From an uncultured delta proteobacterium (GTDB lineage Bacteria; Desulfobacterota; Binatia; UBA9968), in contig CAVXEP010000017.1 of assembly GCA_963760795.1 (NCBI GenBank), forward strand, positions 32,001-96,000: 64,000 bases of DNA, written 5' to 3'. Both the position numbers and the translations under genes were made by a program. The notes below the pieces were generated by a model that was not told the DNA's origin, did not search any database, and saw only the letters and a list, made by a program, of their open reading frames with translations. Positions 52,398 through 61,551 of this stretch are shown here, piece by piece. Numbering within the stretch: position 1 is the first letter of the stretch; every line of letters starts with the position of its first letter.

Positions 52398-53879
52398 CTA
52401 GATCGCGACCTTATCTTCCGCCGCGCCCTTTTCGTATTTGGCGGCGTTGTTTTTGAACGATTCGAATTTCATCCGCACGTAAGGCGAGGTGTAGCCATTC
52501 AAGATGCGCTCGATGCGGCCCGGCTTGCTGTAAAAAGACTGAAAGGCCCAGCCCGTCAACTCACCCAACTGCTGGCGCGTCAGGTGCTTAGTCGGCATGA
52601 CGCTATGCTCCAAATCGTAAAGACTCAGATTGTCGACTTCGATGATGTTGTTCTTCACCGCCGCTTTGTAGATCGGCGAGCCGGGGATCGGATTGAGCAC
52701 TTGAATCATGACGATATCAGGATCGATTTCGTCGACCGCTTTGGCGCGCTGGCGAACCTTCGCTTCGTCGTCCTCCCAAAAGCCGTTGAGATAGGTCGAG
52801 ATGGTGGAAATATCGTTCTTGCGCAGGAACTGAATTAGTTCTTTCAACTCTTTGACACCGACTTTCATCGGTCCCTTGCGCGCTTCGGCGATCTCTTCGT
52901 CCGTGCCGCCGTCGATGCCGATCAACACTTGATACAAACCGACTTTGCGCAGCCGCGGCACCAGGTCCATGTCGCGAATCAAGTTCTGCGCCCGGCTGAG
53001 CATGAACCAGCTCATGTCTAACTTTTTCTCTTCCAACGCTTCGACCAAGTCGACCATTTTCTGCCGGTCGGAGTTGAAGTCATCGTCCATGAAGGTCAGC
53101 GCTTTGACGCCGTAGGTCTTGTTTAACAGTTCCATTTCATCGGCGACTCGCTTGCCGCCTTTAGTGCGGTGCGAGCTGAAATCCCGTGGATTGCGCTGGT
53201 CGACCAGCCACCACTCGTAGCAGAAATGACAAGCACCCTCGCATCCCCGAGAAGTCACCGATTCGTTGTAATTGGGTATCACCGAATAACCATAATACTT
53301 GTCCATCGGAAACAAATCGTAGGCTGGCAGGGGCAGGTCATCGAGATTGGCAATTACTGGCCGCGGCGGGGTCAGCACCACCTCGCCATTCTTTCGGTAT
53401 GCCAAGCCCTTAATAGCGCTGAAATCAGGCGCAGGTTTTTTCAGTTCCTCCAACAACTCCCCAACCGCATGTTCATTGTCGGCAAACACCCCGACAATCG
53501 CGAAGTCGAGTTGCGGATTATCGGTCATGATCTTCTGCGGCACCGCGGTGTACATCAAACCGCCGCCGATGGTGACGGTTTGCGGAGCGATTTCCTTGAT
53601 TTTTTGCATCGCCGCATGAAAGCGGTTGAGCGTCGCGGCGCCGCCCGCCGCGGCGATCATGGCGCCGAAGAACACCGCATCCGGCCGCTGCCGCTTCACC
53701 TCGTCGATCATCTGGTCGTCGTTCAACCCCAGCGCGCGGCAGTCGAGGACCGCCACCTCCGCGGCTTTTTTCTCGCGGATAAATGCCGCGACCTGGGCGT
53801 GCAACGAGTTGACGGCCAAATGACGGTCGCCCCACGGCGCCCAGTTGCCCATAGGGGGCGTGATAAAGAGGAGTTTCAT
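52398..53879 (-). CDS. Cobalamin-binding radical SAM enzyme (class B)
   Basis: N-terminal B12-binding Rossmann domain, LDDLPLPAYDL, SRGCEGACHFC (CxxxCxxC), FMDDDF, PIPGSPIY; AGGAG RBS before ATG 53879. Confidence 0.92.
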   Translation of the reverse strand: MKLLFITPPMGNWAPWGDRHLAVNSLHAQVAAFIREKKAAEVAVLDCRALGLNDDQMIDEVKRQRPDAVFFGAMIAAAGGAATLNRFHAAMQKIKEIAPQTVTIGGGLMYTAVPQKIMTDNPQLDFAIVGVFADNEHAVGELLEELKKPAPDFSAIKGLAYRKNGEVVLTPPRPVIANLDDLPLPAYDLFPMDKYYGYSVIPNYNESVTSRGCEGACHFCYEWWLVDQRNPRDFSSHRTKGGKRVADEMELLNKTYGVKALTFMDDDFNSDRQKMVDLVEALEEKKLDMSWFMLSRAQNLIRDMDLVPRLRKVGLYQVLIGIDGGTDEEIAEARKGPMKVGVKELKELIQFLRKNDISTISTYLNGFWEDDEAKVRQRAKAVDEIDPDIVMIQVLNPIPGSPIYKAAVKNNIIEVDNLSLYDLEHSVMPTKHLTRQQLGELTGWAFQSFYSKPGRIERILNGYTSPYVRMKFESFKNNAAKYEKGAAEDKVAI

Positions 53880-53914
53880 GTTATCTCCTGGTACCGGCGG
53901 GATTAGTTTCAATC

Positions 53915-53943
53915 AAAGTATTTAATAGGTTAACGATTGTCAA
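53915..53943 (-). promoter_or_regulatory. sigma70 promoter of the radical SAM operon
   Basis: Minus strand TTGACA-N17-TACTTT with an AT-rich spacer, 35 bp upstream of the start. Confidence 0.65.
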
Positions 53944-54108
53944 GATGAGCCGCCGAGAGTATCGGCGACGGACGGTTAAATCCTCGATAGAAATATTGGC
54001 TAACTGGAGATCATTAATCAGTTGACAACCTCCGACCCTTTTGGTACTGCTGCCGAAGCTAGGCGTCGGTAACAAGAACTTAATAGAAACCCCACAAAGG
54101 AGACCGTT

Positions 54109-54954
54109 ATGGCTCAAGGCGTGCAACAAGAAGAACAATTAATGGATATACGCGTCGCTGAATCGTCGGCGGCGTATAAGTTTTATCTCAATCAGGAAAA
54201 AAAGATTCTCGGTAGTTCCGCGGTGATTCTTTTCCTGTTGACTTGGGAGACCATCGGCAACTGGGCTGGACTTATTAACCCGATGTTCATGAGTGCGCCT
54301 TCGCTGGTGGGCAAGGCGGCCTGGCAAATGTTTGCCTCTGGGGAGATTTACAACGATCTCTATATCAGCGGCATTGAGTTCTTCTGGGGCTACCTTCTGT
54401 CTGTCATTTTTGCGATCCCCTTCGGCATCGCCATCGGCTGGTACAAGCGTTTCGCATACGTTTGCGATCCCTTTGTCAACGCCATGAATGCCACACCACG
54501 CGTTGCCCTGTTACCACTGGTCATCATCTGGCTGGGCATCGGCATCCTGTCCAAGGTCGGCATCATCTTTTTGGGCGCGGTGTTTCCGCTGCTGATCAAC
54601 ACCCGTGACGGTGTCAAAACCACTCCGGCAAACTTGCTCACTGCCGCCAGAAGCTTTGGCGCGTCGGAATGGCAGATCTTCAAATCCGTCGTATTGCCGT
54701 CCACCGTGCCGTTCATTCTGACCGGCTTACGCCTTGCCGTCGGCCGCGCACTCATCGGTGTCATGGTCGGCGAGCTTTACGCCGCAACCGCCGGCATCGG
54801 CTTCATGATTACGGTCGCCGGCGCGACCTTCCAAACCGATAAAGTTTTCGTCGGCGTCTTGATTTTCGCCATCAGCGGTATGACCCTGACCGAAGTCATC
54901 GACCGTTACGAACGTCGGTTCGACAAGTGGCGTCCCAAAGTCGGCGCTGAATAA
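54109..54954 (+). CDS. ABC transporter permease, NitT/TauT (SsuC-like)
   Basis: P.VALLPL...WLGIG, AARSFGAS (EAA loop), GLRLAVG, VGEL. Confidence 0.93.
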   Translation: MAQGVQQEEQLMDIRVAESSAAYKFYLNQEKKILGSSAVILFLLTWETIGNWAGLINPMFMSAPSLVGKAAWQMFASGEIYNDLYISGIEFFWGYLLSVIFAIPFGIAIGWYKRFAYVCDPFVNAMNATPRVALLPLVIIWLGIGILSKVGIIFLGAVFPLLINTRDGVKTTPANLLTAARSFGASEWQIFKSVVLPSTVPFILTGLRLAVGRALIGVMVGELYAATAGIGFMITVAGATFQTDKVFVGVLIFAISGMTLTEVIDRYERRFDKWRPKVGAE

Positions 54955-54984
54955 GAGAGATCCGACATTAACCGGCTTTAATCC

Positions 54985-55021
54985 AAAATGGCGCTTGGCA
55001 CTACCAAGCGCCATTTTTTTT
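54985..55021 (+). terminator. Intrinsic terminator
   Basis: aaaatggcgcttgg-cacta-ccaagcgccatttt followed by a T-tract. Confidence 0.85.
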
Positions 55022-55136
55022 GCCCGACTGGTTTATGAGGTAATAGAGATACCTCGCCAATGACGTTGCCTCGCCGCAGTATTTTCTATACGATCCCCGC
55101 ACTTCTCCCAGCTCAGTCAAAATCGATGGAGGCCCG

Positions 55137-57860
55137 ATGCGCAGACTCGGCGGCGTGACAATATTAATATTTGTTCTTGTCGTAATGTTCTTTCGCCAGG
55201 CAATCGGGCTGTATGTCGATTGGTTGTGGTTCCAGGACGTTGGCTACGGCCCGCTCTTTGGAACGATCTTATTTTATAAGTTCGCACTTGGCGCTTCTGC
55301 CGGCACGCTTCTCGCGTTGCTCATTTACGTCAATTTGAAGATCGCCTCTTCGTCAACGGGCGGATTTCGCTACTCCAGCGCGGAAAACATTATCGAGCTG
55401 CCGCCACCGGAACTGATCGATCCAATTCTTAAGCGGCTGCTTCTGCCCGGCGCCCTGCTCGTCGGCCTCATGGCCGCGCCCCAAGGGGCGGCCAATTGGG
55501 AACAACTCTCGCTGTTTGTCAACTCGACATCGTTCAATCTGCAAGATCCCCAGTTTGGCCGCGATGTCGGTTTTTATGTGTTTGTTTTGCCCTGGCTGCA
55601 AATTGTCTATCACTGGGCGATTTTCGCCATCGGTGTCACCGCGGTTGCCAGCGCCGCTGTCTACTTGGTCTATCGGGGCATTGAGTACACAGCACGCGGC
55701 CTTTTTCTCGGCGAACGCGCGCGCAGTCATCTGTTGATCTTGTTGGGTTTGTTTCTATTGATCAAAGCCTGCGGTTACTACCTAGACGCCTTCGATCTGT
55801 TGCATTCGCCGCGCGGCGTTTCCTTCGGCGCGAGCTATGCCGACATCTATGGCACCCTTCCAGCGCTCCGCGTGCTGACGTTTCTGGCACTCATTGCGGC
55901 GGCGCTCTGCTTTGTGCAGATAGCCCGCACCGGCTATAAATTCGTCTTCCTCGGCGTTGGCGCCTTGGTGGCAGTCCACTTATTGGGTCTCAATGCTTAT
56001 CCGACGCTCTTGCAACGCTTCCGTGTCACGCCCAATGAAATCGAGGCGGAACGGTCGTTCATCGAGCGCACCATTAAATTCACCCGGCTCGCCTTTGGCC
56101 TGGATAAGATTGAAACCAAGGAGTTTCCCGCCGATGAGCAGTTAACAGCCGCCGACTTGAAGCGCAATGAATCGACCATCAGTAATATCCGCCTATGGGA
56201 CCATCGGCCGCTCCTGACCAGCTACGCCCAGCTCCAGGAGATCCGGCCTTATTACAAGTTCATCGATGTCGACAATGACCGTTACATCATCGACGGCACC
56301 TTTCGGCAGGTGATGTTGTCCGCTCGCGAGCTGTCACATCGCCATTTGCAAAGTCAAAACTGGATCAACGAGCATCTGACTTTCACCCATGGCCATGGCG
56401 TGGTCTTTGGACCGGTGAATCAGGTGACCTCCAGTGGTCAGCCCGAGTTTTTCATCAAAGATATTCCGCCGCTGGCGACCACTTCGCTGAAAATCACCCG
56501 CCCCGAGATCTACTACGGCGAACTCGCCAATGAGTATGTACTCGTCCAGACCAAATCCCAGGAATTGGACTACCCCTCTGGCGATCAGAATATATACACC
56601 ACATACAAAGGAAAAGGCGGCGTGGCGATCGGCAGCTTCTGGCGCAAGTTGGTTTTCGCGGCGCACCATACGTCCATGCGCATCCTGCTATCCCAGGATC
56701 TCACCGGCGAAAGCCGGATACTTTTCCATCAGAAGATCCAGGAGCGGGTGAAGAAAATCGCGCCGTTTGTCACCTTCGATACTGACGCCTATATCGTCAT
56801 CGCCCAAGGCGGCAGGTTATTCTGGATTATTGACGGCTATACCAATTCGGCCCGCTATCCCTATTCCGCACCACTGAGCCGGCAAGGGATGAATTATATT
56901 CGCAACTCCGTCAAGGCGGTCGTCGACGCCTATAACGGCACGGTGGAATTTTATCTGAGCGATCCAGCGGATCCGATCATTCAGTCGTTCGCCAAGACTT
57001 TCCCGCAAGTGTTTAAACCTCTCGAAACCATGCCCGAGGATCTGCGCGCCCATGTGCGTTATCCCCAGGATCTCTTCACGATCCAAGCCCATGTCTATGC
57101 CACCTACCATATGCAGGACCCACAGGTCTTTTTTAACAAGGAGGATCTCCTGAGCATCCCGCGGCGCACGATAGAAGGCCGCGAGCGCGATATGGAGCCC
57201 TACTACACGATCATGCGCCTGCCAGGAGAGGAGAAGGAAGAATTCATTCTGCTCTTACCGTTCACGCCGAATAAACGCGACAACATGCGCTCCTGGCTGG
57301 CGGCGCGCAGCGATGGAAAAAACTACGGCAAGTTAACCGCGCTGGAATTTCCCAAAGCGAAATTGGTCTATGGCCCCAAACAGATTGATGCGCGCATCGA
57401 CCAGGATACCATCATCTCCCAACAATTGACGCTGTGGAGCCAGCGCGGCTCGCAGGTGCTCCGCGGCAGCCTACTCGCCATCCCCATCGAGAAGTCCTTG
57501 CTCTACGTGCAGCCGCTCTATTTGGCCGCGGACCAAGGCTCATTGCCGGAATTGAAACGGGTAATTGTCGCCTTCGGTAACCGCATCACTATGGAAGAAA
57601 CGCTCGATCAAGCCCTGCAAAGCATCTTTGGCGCTAAGCCAGCGGTGGCGCCAGAGGCGCTGCCACAGCCCGCCAGTGCAGCGGTATTGCCACCGCCCGT
57701 CAAAGGGGATCCATCGCTATCGCGCCAGGCGTTGGATCATTTCCAGCGCTCCCAGGAACTACTCAAACAAGGCAACTGGGCTGGCTATGGCGAGGAGCTG
57801 AAGAAAGTCGAGGCCCTGCTCAAAGAAATGCAAAAGGGCCGTGAGTCCGAGGCGAAATAA
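55137..57860 (+). CDS. UPF0182 family membrane protein
   Basis: DWLWF, DPQFGRDVGFY, NIRLWD, YTHG-like FTHG, NYIRNSVKAVVDAY, YVQPLY. Confidence 0.93.
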   Translation: MRRLGGVTILIFVLVVMFFRQAIGLYVDWLWFQDVGYGPLFGTILFYKFALGASAGTLLALLIYVNLKIASSSTGGFRYSSAENIIELPPPELIDPILKRLLLPGALLVGLMAAPQGAANWEQLSLFVNSTSFNLQDPQFGRDVGFYVFVLPWLQIVYHWAIFAIGVTAVASAAVYLVYRGIEYTARGLFLGERARSHLLILLGLFLLIKACGYYLDAFDLLHSPRGVSFGASYADIYGTLPALRVLTFLALIAAALCFVQIARTGYKFVFLGVGALVAVHLLGLNAYPTLLQRFRVTPNEIEAERSFIERTIKFTRLAFGLDKIETKEFPADEQLTAADLKRNESTISNIRLWDHRPLLTSYAQLQEIRPYYKFIDVDNDRYIIDGTFRQVMLSARELSHRHLQSQNWINEHLTFTHGHGVVFGPVNQVTSSGQPEFFIKDIPPLATTSLKITRPEIYYGELANEYVLVQTKSQELDYPSGDQNIYTTYKGKGGVAIGSFWRKLVFAAHHTSMRILLSQDLTGESRILFHQKIQERVKKIAPFVTFDTDAYIVIAQGGRLFWIIDGYTNSARYPYSAPLSRQGMNYIRNSVKAVVDAYNGTVEFYLSDPADPIIQSFAKTFPQVFKPLETMPEDLRAHVRYPQDLFTIQAHVYATYHMQDPQVFFNKEDLLSIPRRTIEGRERDMEPYYTIMRLPGEEKEEFILLLPFTPNKRDNMRSWLAARSDGKNYGKLTALEFPKAKLVYGPKQIDARIDQDTIISQQLTLWSQRGSQVLRGSLLAIPIEKSLLYVQPLYLAADQGSLPELKRVIVAFGNRITMEETLDQALQSIFGAKPAVAPEALPQPASAAVLPPPVKGDPSLSRQALDHFQRSQELLKQGNWAGYGEELKKVEALLKEMQKGRESEAK

Positions 57861-57881
57861 GATCGTAGAACCACACAGCGT

Positions 57882-59870
57882 TCAGCCTATGTGCGGGTTA
57901 GTGTGGTAGCGGCCACTGACAAGCAGATCCTCGGCGCTACGCAAGATCGCTAAGCCGTCTTCGGTCCGCTCTGCCTGCGTTGCGCTCATCGCCATTTCTG
58001 ACCATGGCGTGCCACGAGCCGCGCGCTCATAAGCAATCCGGTCGCCGGACTCGCGCAGGACAATCAGCTCACGATCCGTGACCATGCCGTAGCGCTTCTT
58101 GTTGTAAATCACCATGGCGGCCGGAGCTTCGGCTGGCTCCTTGAGCACATCGCGGCCGAAAAATGTGCTGCGGTATGCGCCGCCGACCATGCCCATGACC
58201 GTCGGCGGTAAGTCCATCTGACTGGTTACCGCGCCGATGCGCCCCGCCGCGATATGTTTCGGCGCCAGGAACAAAGCCGGGACGATGTATTCGTCGATGG
58301 GGATGAGCTCATTGCCGCGCAAGTGCACGCCATGATCGCCGACAAAGACAAATAACGTATCATCGAAGTAGGGCGCCTGGCGCGCCGCGCGAATAAATTG
58401 ACCGACACAGAAGTCGGCATAGAGAAAGTTATTCAACTCGGCGAGCTCAAAGCCGGGCGGCACCCTGGTATCAGCGCCAAGTGGTTTAATCTTGCCCGCC
58501 GGGAATTGCCAGGGCGAGTGCAGCGATACCGTCAACAGGGTGGCAAAAAACGGCTTCCCCGCTTCATGGTAACGGCGAAATTCCTCGCCGGCCCGTTCAA
58601 AGAGATCTTCATCCGACACACCCCAAGGGCTTTTGTAGTGCGGCGCGGAGAAATCTTTTTCCTCGATAAAGCGATCGAAGCCGTTACCGAGAAAGAAAGC
58701 CAGCATGTGATCGAAAATCCCCTGGCCGCCGTAGAAAAAACTCGTCGCATAACCGCGCTCACGCAGCACACTCGCCAAGGTCAAAAAATTTTGCCGCGCC
58801 TGCGGCCGTTTGACCACCCCTTCGCCGGGAAGTGGTGGAAACGAACAGACCGCGGCTTCGAGGCCTTGGATGGTTCGCTCTCCGGTGGCGTAGCAGCGTT
58901 CCAACAGCAGGCCTTCTTCAGCGAGTTTGTCTAGTTCCGGTGAAAGCGCCGGCACACCGCCAAGACATCCGGTCAGCCCTCCGGTAAAACTCTCCATCAC
59001 GACTAACACCACGTTGAGCGGCGCGGCCTTCGCCGCATTGGTAATTCGCCGCACCAGAGGATTCGGCCCGTCGTCGGTGAATTGACAGCCCTCAGCTAAA
59101 ATTTTGCGGGACCGCTCAATCGCTCGCTCGGCGGATGGTAGTTGGGTCACGCTCTTAAGCGCCGTGAATTCATTTTTAGCGCGTTGACTCCACTCGTAGA
59201 GCAGATTGAAAATCCCGCAACAGGCGATCTCGTTGGCGATCCGATTGGTTGTAAACGACGCCAGACTGGGATTGAGCGGCCGATGATCGAAGGTGCCGCG
59301 GCTAGCGAAGCCGACGACAAGAAGCCAGAGTAGAGTCATAACGCGATCCGACAACCACAGGAAATCACTTCTGGCGTTGCCCTCCGCCACTGGAGCTAGA
59401 AACTGTACCGCAATCACTGCCAACCAAGCGCCGATCCCGCTCAGCAAGAAAATGCGCACTAAGGGATAGGCTTTGGCGACGGTCTTGAGCACCTCGCGAT
59501 CGGCTCCATGTTCGAAGACCAGATAATTGGGTCGGAAATCATAAAAGCGAAAGAAGAAACTGCCGGCGATCTCGGCGAAAAATAGTGTGAAGTAAAGAAC
59601 GCTGAGGTAGAGCCCAAAGAAAAACTGACTTGCAACAAGGAGATCGCCAGGCAACGTCAGCGCGGCAACCACCAGCGGCAGGCAGCCTCGGCTGACGATC
59701 ACGGCGTCCAACCGGAAACCGATCCAAAATAGTTTTAACTTTTGCCGGCGGTTCAGCTCTTTGACATCGGCGCGCCGTTCCCAATAGAGCCACAGGCGAA
59801 ACCCGGTCAAAATGAGCGCGGCAACAAGGCAAATGGCGACGGCTAAGGTCGTGCGCGGCAGTTCAAACAT
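57882..59870 (-). CDS. LTA synthase (LtaS/MdoB) family sulfatase-fold membrane protein
   Basis: About 5 N-terminal TM helices, NVVLVVMES, catalytic Thr in ERTIQG, SLHSP, GDHG, SQMDLPPT. Confidence 0.9.
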   Translation of the reverse strand: MFELPRTTLAVAICLVAALILTGFRLWLYWERRADVKELNRRQKLKLFWIGFRLDAVIVSRGCLPLVVAALTLPGDLLVASQFFFGLYLSVLYFTLFFAEIAGSFFFRFYDFRPNYLVFEHGADREVLKTVAKAYPLVRIFLLSGIGAWLAVIAVQFLAPVAEGNARSDFLWLSDRVMTLLWLLVVGFASRGTFDHRPLNPSLASFTTNRIANEIACCGIFNLLYEWSQRAKNEFTALKSVTQLPSAERAIERSRKILAEGCQFTDDGPNPLVRRITNAAKAAPLNVVLVVMESFTGGLTGCLGGVPALSPELDKLAEEGLLLERCYATGERTIQGLEAAVCSFPPLPGEGVVKRPQARQNFLTLASVLRERGYATSFFYGGQGIFDHMLAFFLGNGFDRFIEEKDFSAPHYKSPWGVSDEDLFERAGEEFRRYHEAGKPFFATLLTVSLHSPWQFPAGKIKPLGADTRVPPGFELAELNNFLYADFCVGQFIRAARQAPYFDDTLFVFVGDHGVHLRGNELIPIDEYIVPALFLAPKHIAAGRIGAVTSQMDLPPTVMGMVGGAYRSTFFGRDVLKEPAEAPAAMVIYNKKRYGMVTDRELIVLRESGDRIAYERAARGTPWSEMAMSATQAERTEDGLAILRSAEDLLVSGRYHTNPHIG

Positions 59871-59895
59871 CTGGCTGGTGCGAGCTCCGAGCTAT

Positions 59896-61293
59896 TTACA
59901 TGCCAAACAGCGAAAAAAACAACCGTGCCCGCTCGGCGATAGTGAGAGGAGCGACGACATTCCAAAAATTGATGACGGCGAAAAAAGTCCAAACGCAGGC
60001 GATGCGTCGCAGGCTGCGTAACTTGCTCGCTGACTCGGTTTGCGCCGCTGGCGGCCGGCTGCGTTGGCGCTGTTGGCGTAGCATCGAGATGGCGATGCCG
60101 GCAGCAAGCAAGGCGCAATAGATCAAGCGCGCCCCCAGTAGCGACCAGAGTCTATGCCAGTCGCCGGCAACCAATTGCTCTTTGTGCTGCAAGAGGTGAT
60201 AGTACATGTTGCCGACGAAGGCCGCGGCAAAAACCGCGGCGACTAGCCGCAACATCGGTGAGTGACGAAAGTAGCGCGCGTAGAGCGGCAGAAAGAAGCT
60301 CTCCATCATCAACTCTTTGAAATAGTAATAATAGCGGTTCCAGAACTCTACGACAGTTTGCGCCAGTAGCGGCTTGTAAGTATTGCGAAAAATATTGAAG
60401 CCAAACAGCCGGATCACGCCGACCCAGACATGCCCCTTGGCCGCCAGCGAAAGCGTCTCCCAGACCAGCTCCAGATAAAGGCTGAACCATACTTGGACCA
60501 GCGGGAACGCCAGTTGTCTGCTGAGGATTTGCTTCACCCGCGGCAGACCGAAAGTGTAATCATAAAACAGCGCGCTGAAAGGACTTTTCGGATCGCCGTA
60601 TATCAGGGCCGCGATCAGTTCCAAAACTACCTTCCACAACGCCACCAGGAGCAAGAGCTTAAACCCGCCGAGTATCGTCCGCGCATAGCTGTCCGGCGTC
60701 TGCGCCACGGTGCGCGACAAATAATCATGACCCTTTGCCAGGAGGCGTATTGGTGCCATCCCAGATCGGCCAAATGTAAAATAAGTGATCGCGAAAACGG
60801 CTGTTTTGCGCTTTGCCGCGTTGACCCGACAAAAGCATGTAGCCCGTACGCCAGATCAAGTAGGGAAACGATAGCGCAATCACTGATAGAACCGCGACGA
60901 CGAATCCATCACTGGGCGGCAAACCACAGCAACGCGAGGAGCAGCCAGAAAATTAAATGAAAAAATATTTGTGGCCGGCGGCGCATCATCGGCGGCAACT
61001 GCTTGAAACGTAACCGTGGCGAGATAAAGAGCGAAAAGAGACCGAGCAGAATCAAGAAACGCCAGACCATGCACTAACCAAGGCGCCAGGGCGCGATAGT
61101 CGTGCCATTTCGCGTTGCGGCTAAAGATGCCGACCAGCCCGGCGACTATAGCGCCGAAAAAAAGCATCGATTTGCGTCGTTCCGGCGTCAGCCAAATCAC
61201 CCAGGGTTGGCCGCTCAGCCAGGCGATCAACCGGTCATTTTCATGGAATTGCGAAATACTTCGGTAAGCCGTACGCAGGGCGGTGAGATTCAT
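59896..61293 (-). CDS. Divergent MBOAT-like membrane-bound O-acyltransferase; several frameshifts between about 60740 and 61050
   Basis: Polytopic; FRNTYKPLLAQTVVEFWNRYY corresponds to the MBOAT N..P.....FW.RW motif; His in GNMYYH. Confidence 0.65.
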
Positions 61294-61551
61294 GACGCCG
61301 CTTCGCGGGCAATTAAATCGAGGATGGAATTGACCGAGCGCAGATCTTCCGGGTCGATGCCTCGCTCGCTGAAGTCGACTCCATAGGACCTGCTCCAAGT
61401 AGGTGACGATCTGCAGCAGCGCCAACGAATCGATCAAACCAGACTCGACCAGGCCGGACTGTTCGTCGATGGCCGCGTGCGCATAATCTGGTCTTTGGAT
61501 CGTCCGTAAAAAATCGATCAGCTCTTGTCGGCTTCGTTCCCGGTCCGTCAT
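61290..61551 (-). CDS. Acyl carrier protein; frameshift near 61385
   Basis: GLIDSLALLQIV.YLE phosphopantetheine motif; restored end ...DLRSVNSILDLIAREAAS*; ATGA overlap with the next gene. Confidence 0.85.

Noticed and set aside
52398-53879. bchE / photosynthesis gene cluster
   Set aside because: Only family-level similarity is visible, and no other bch, puf or chelatase genes are in the window.
60880-61551. 223-aa ORF suggesting an ACP-membrane protein fusion
   Set aside because: One extra base near 61385 causes it. The corrected ACP stops at 61290, overlapping the MBOAT ATG.
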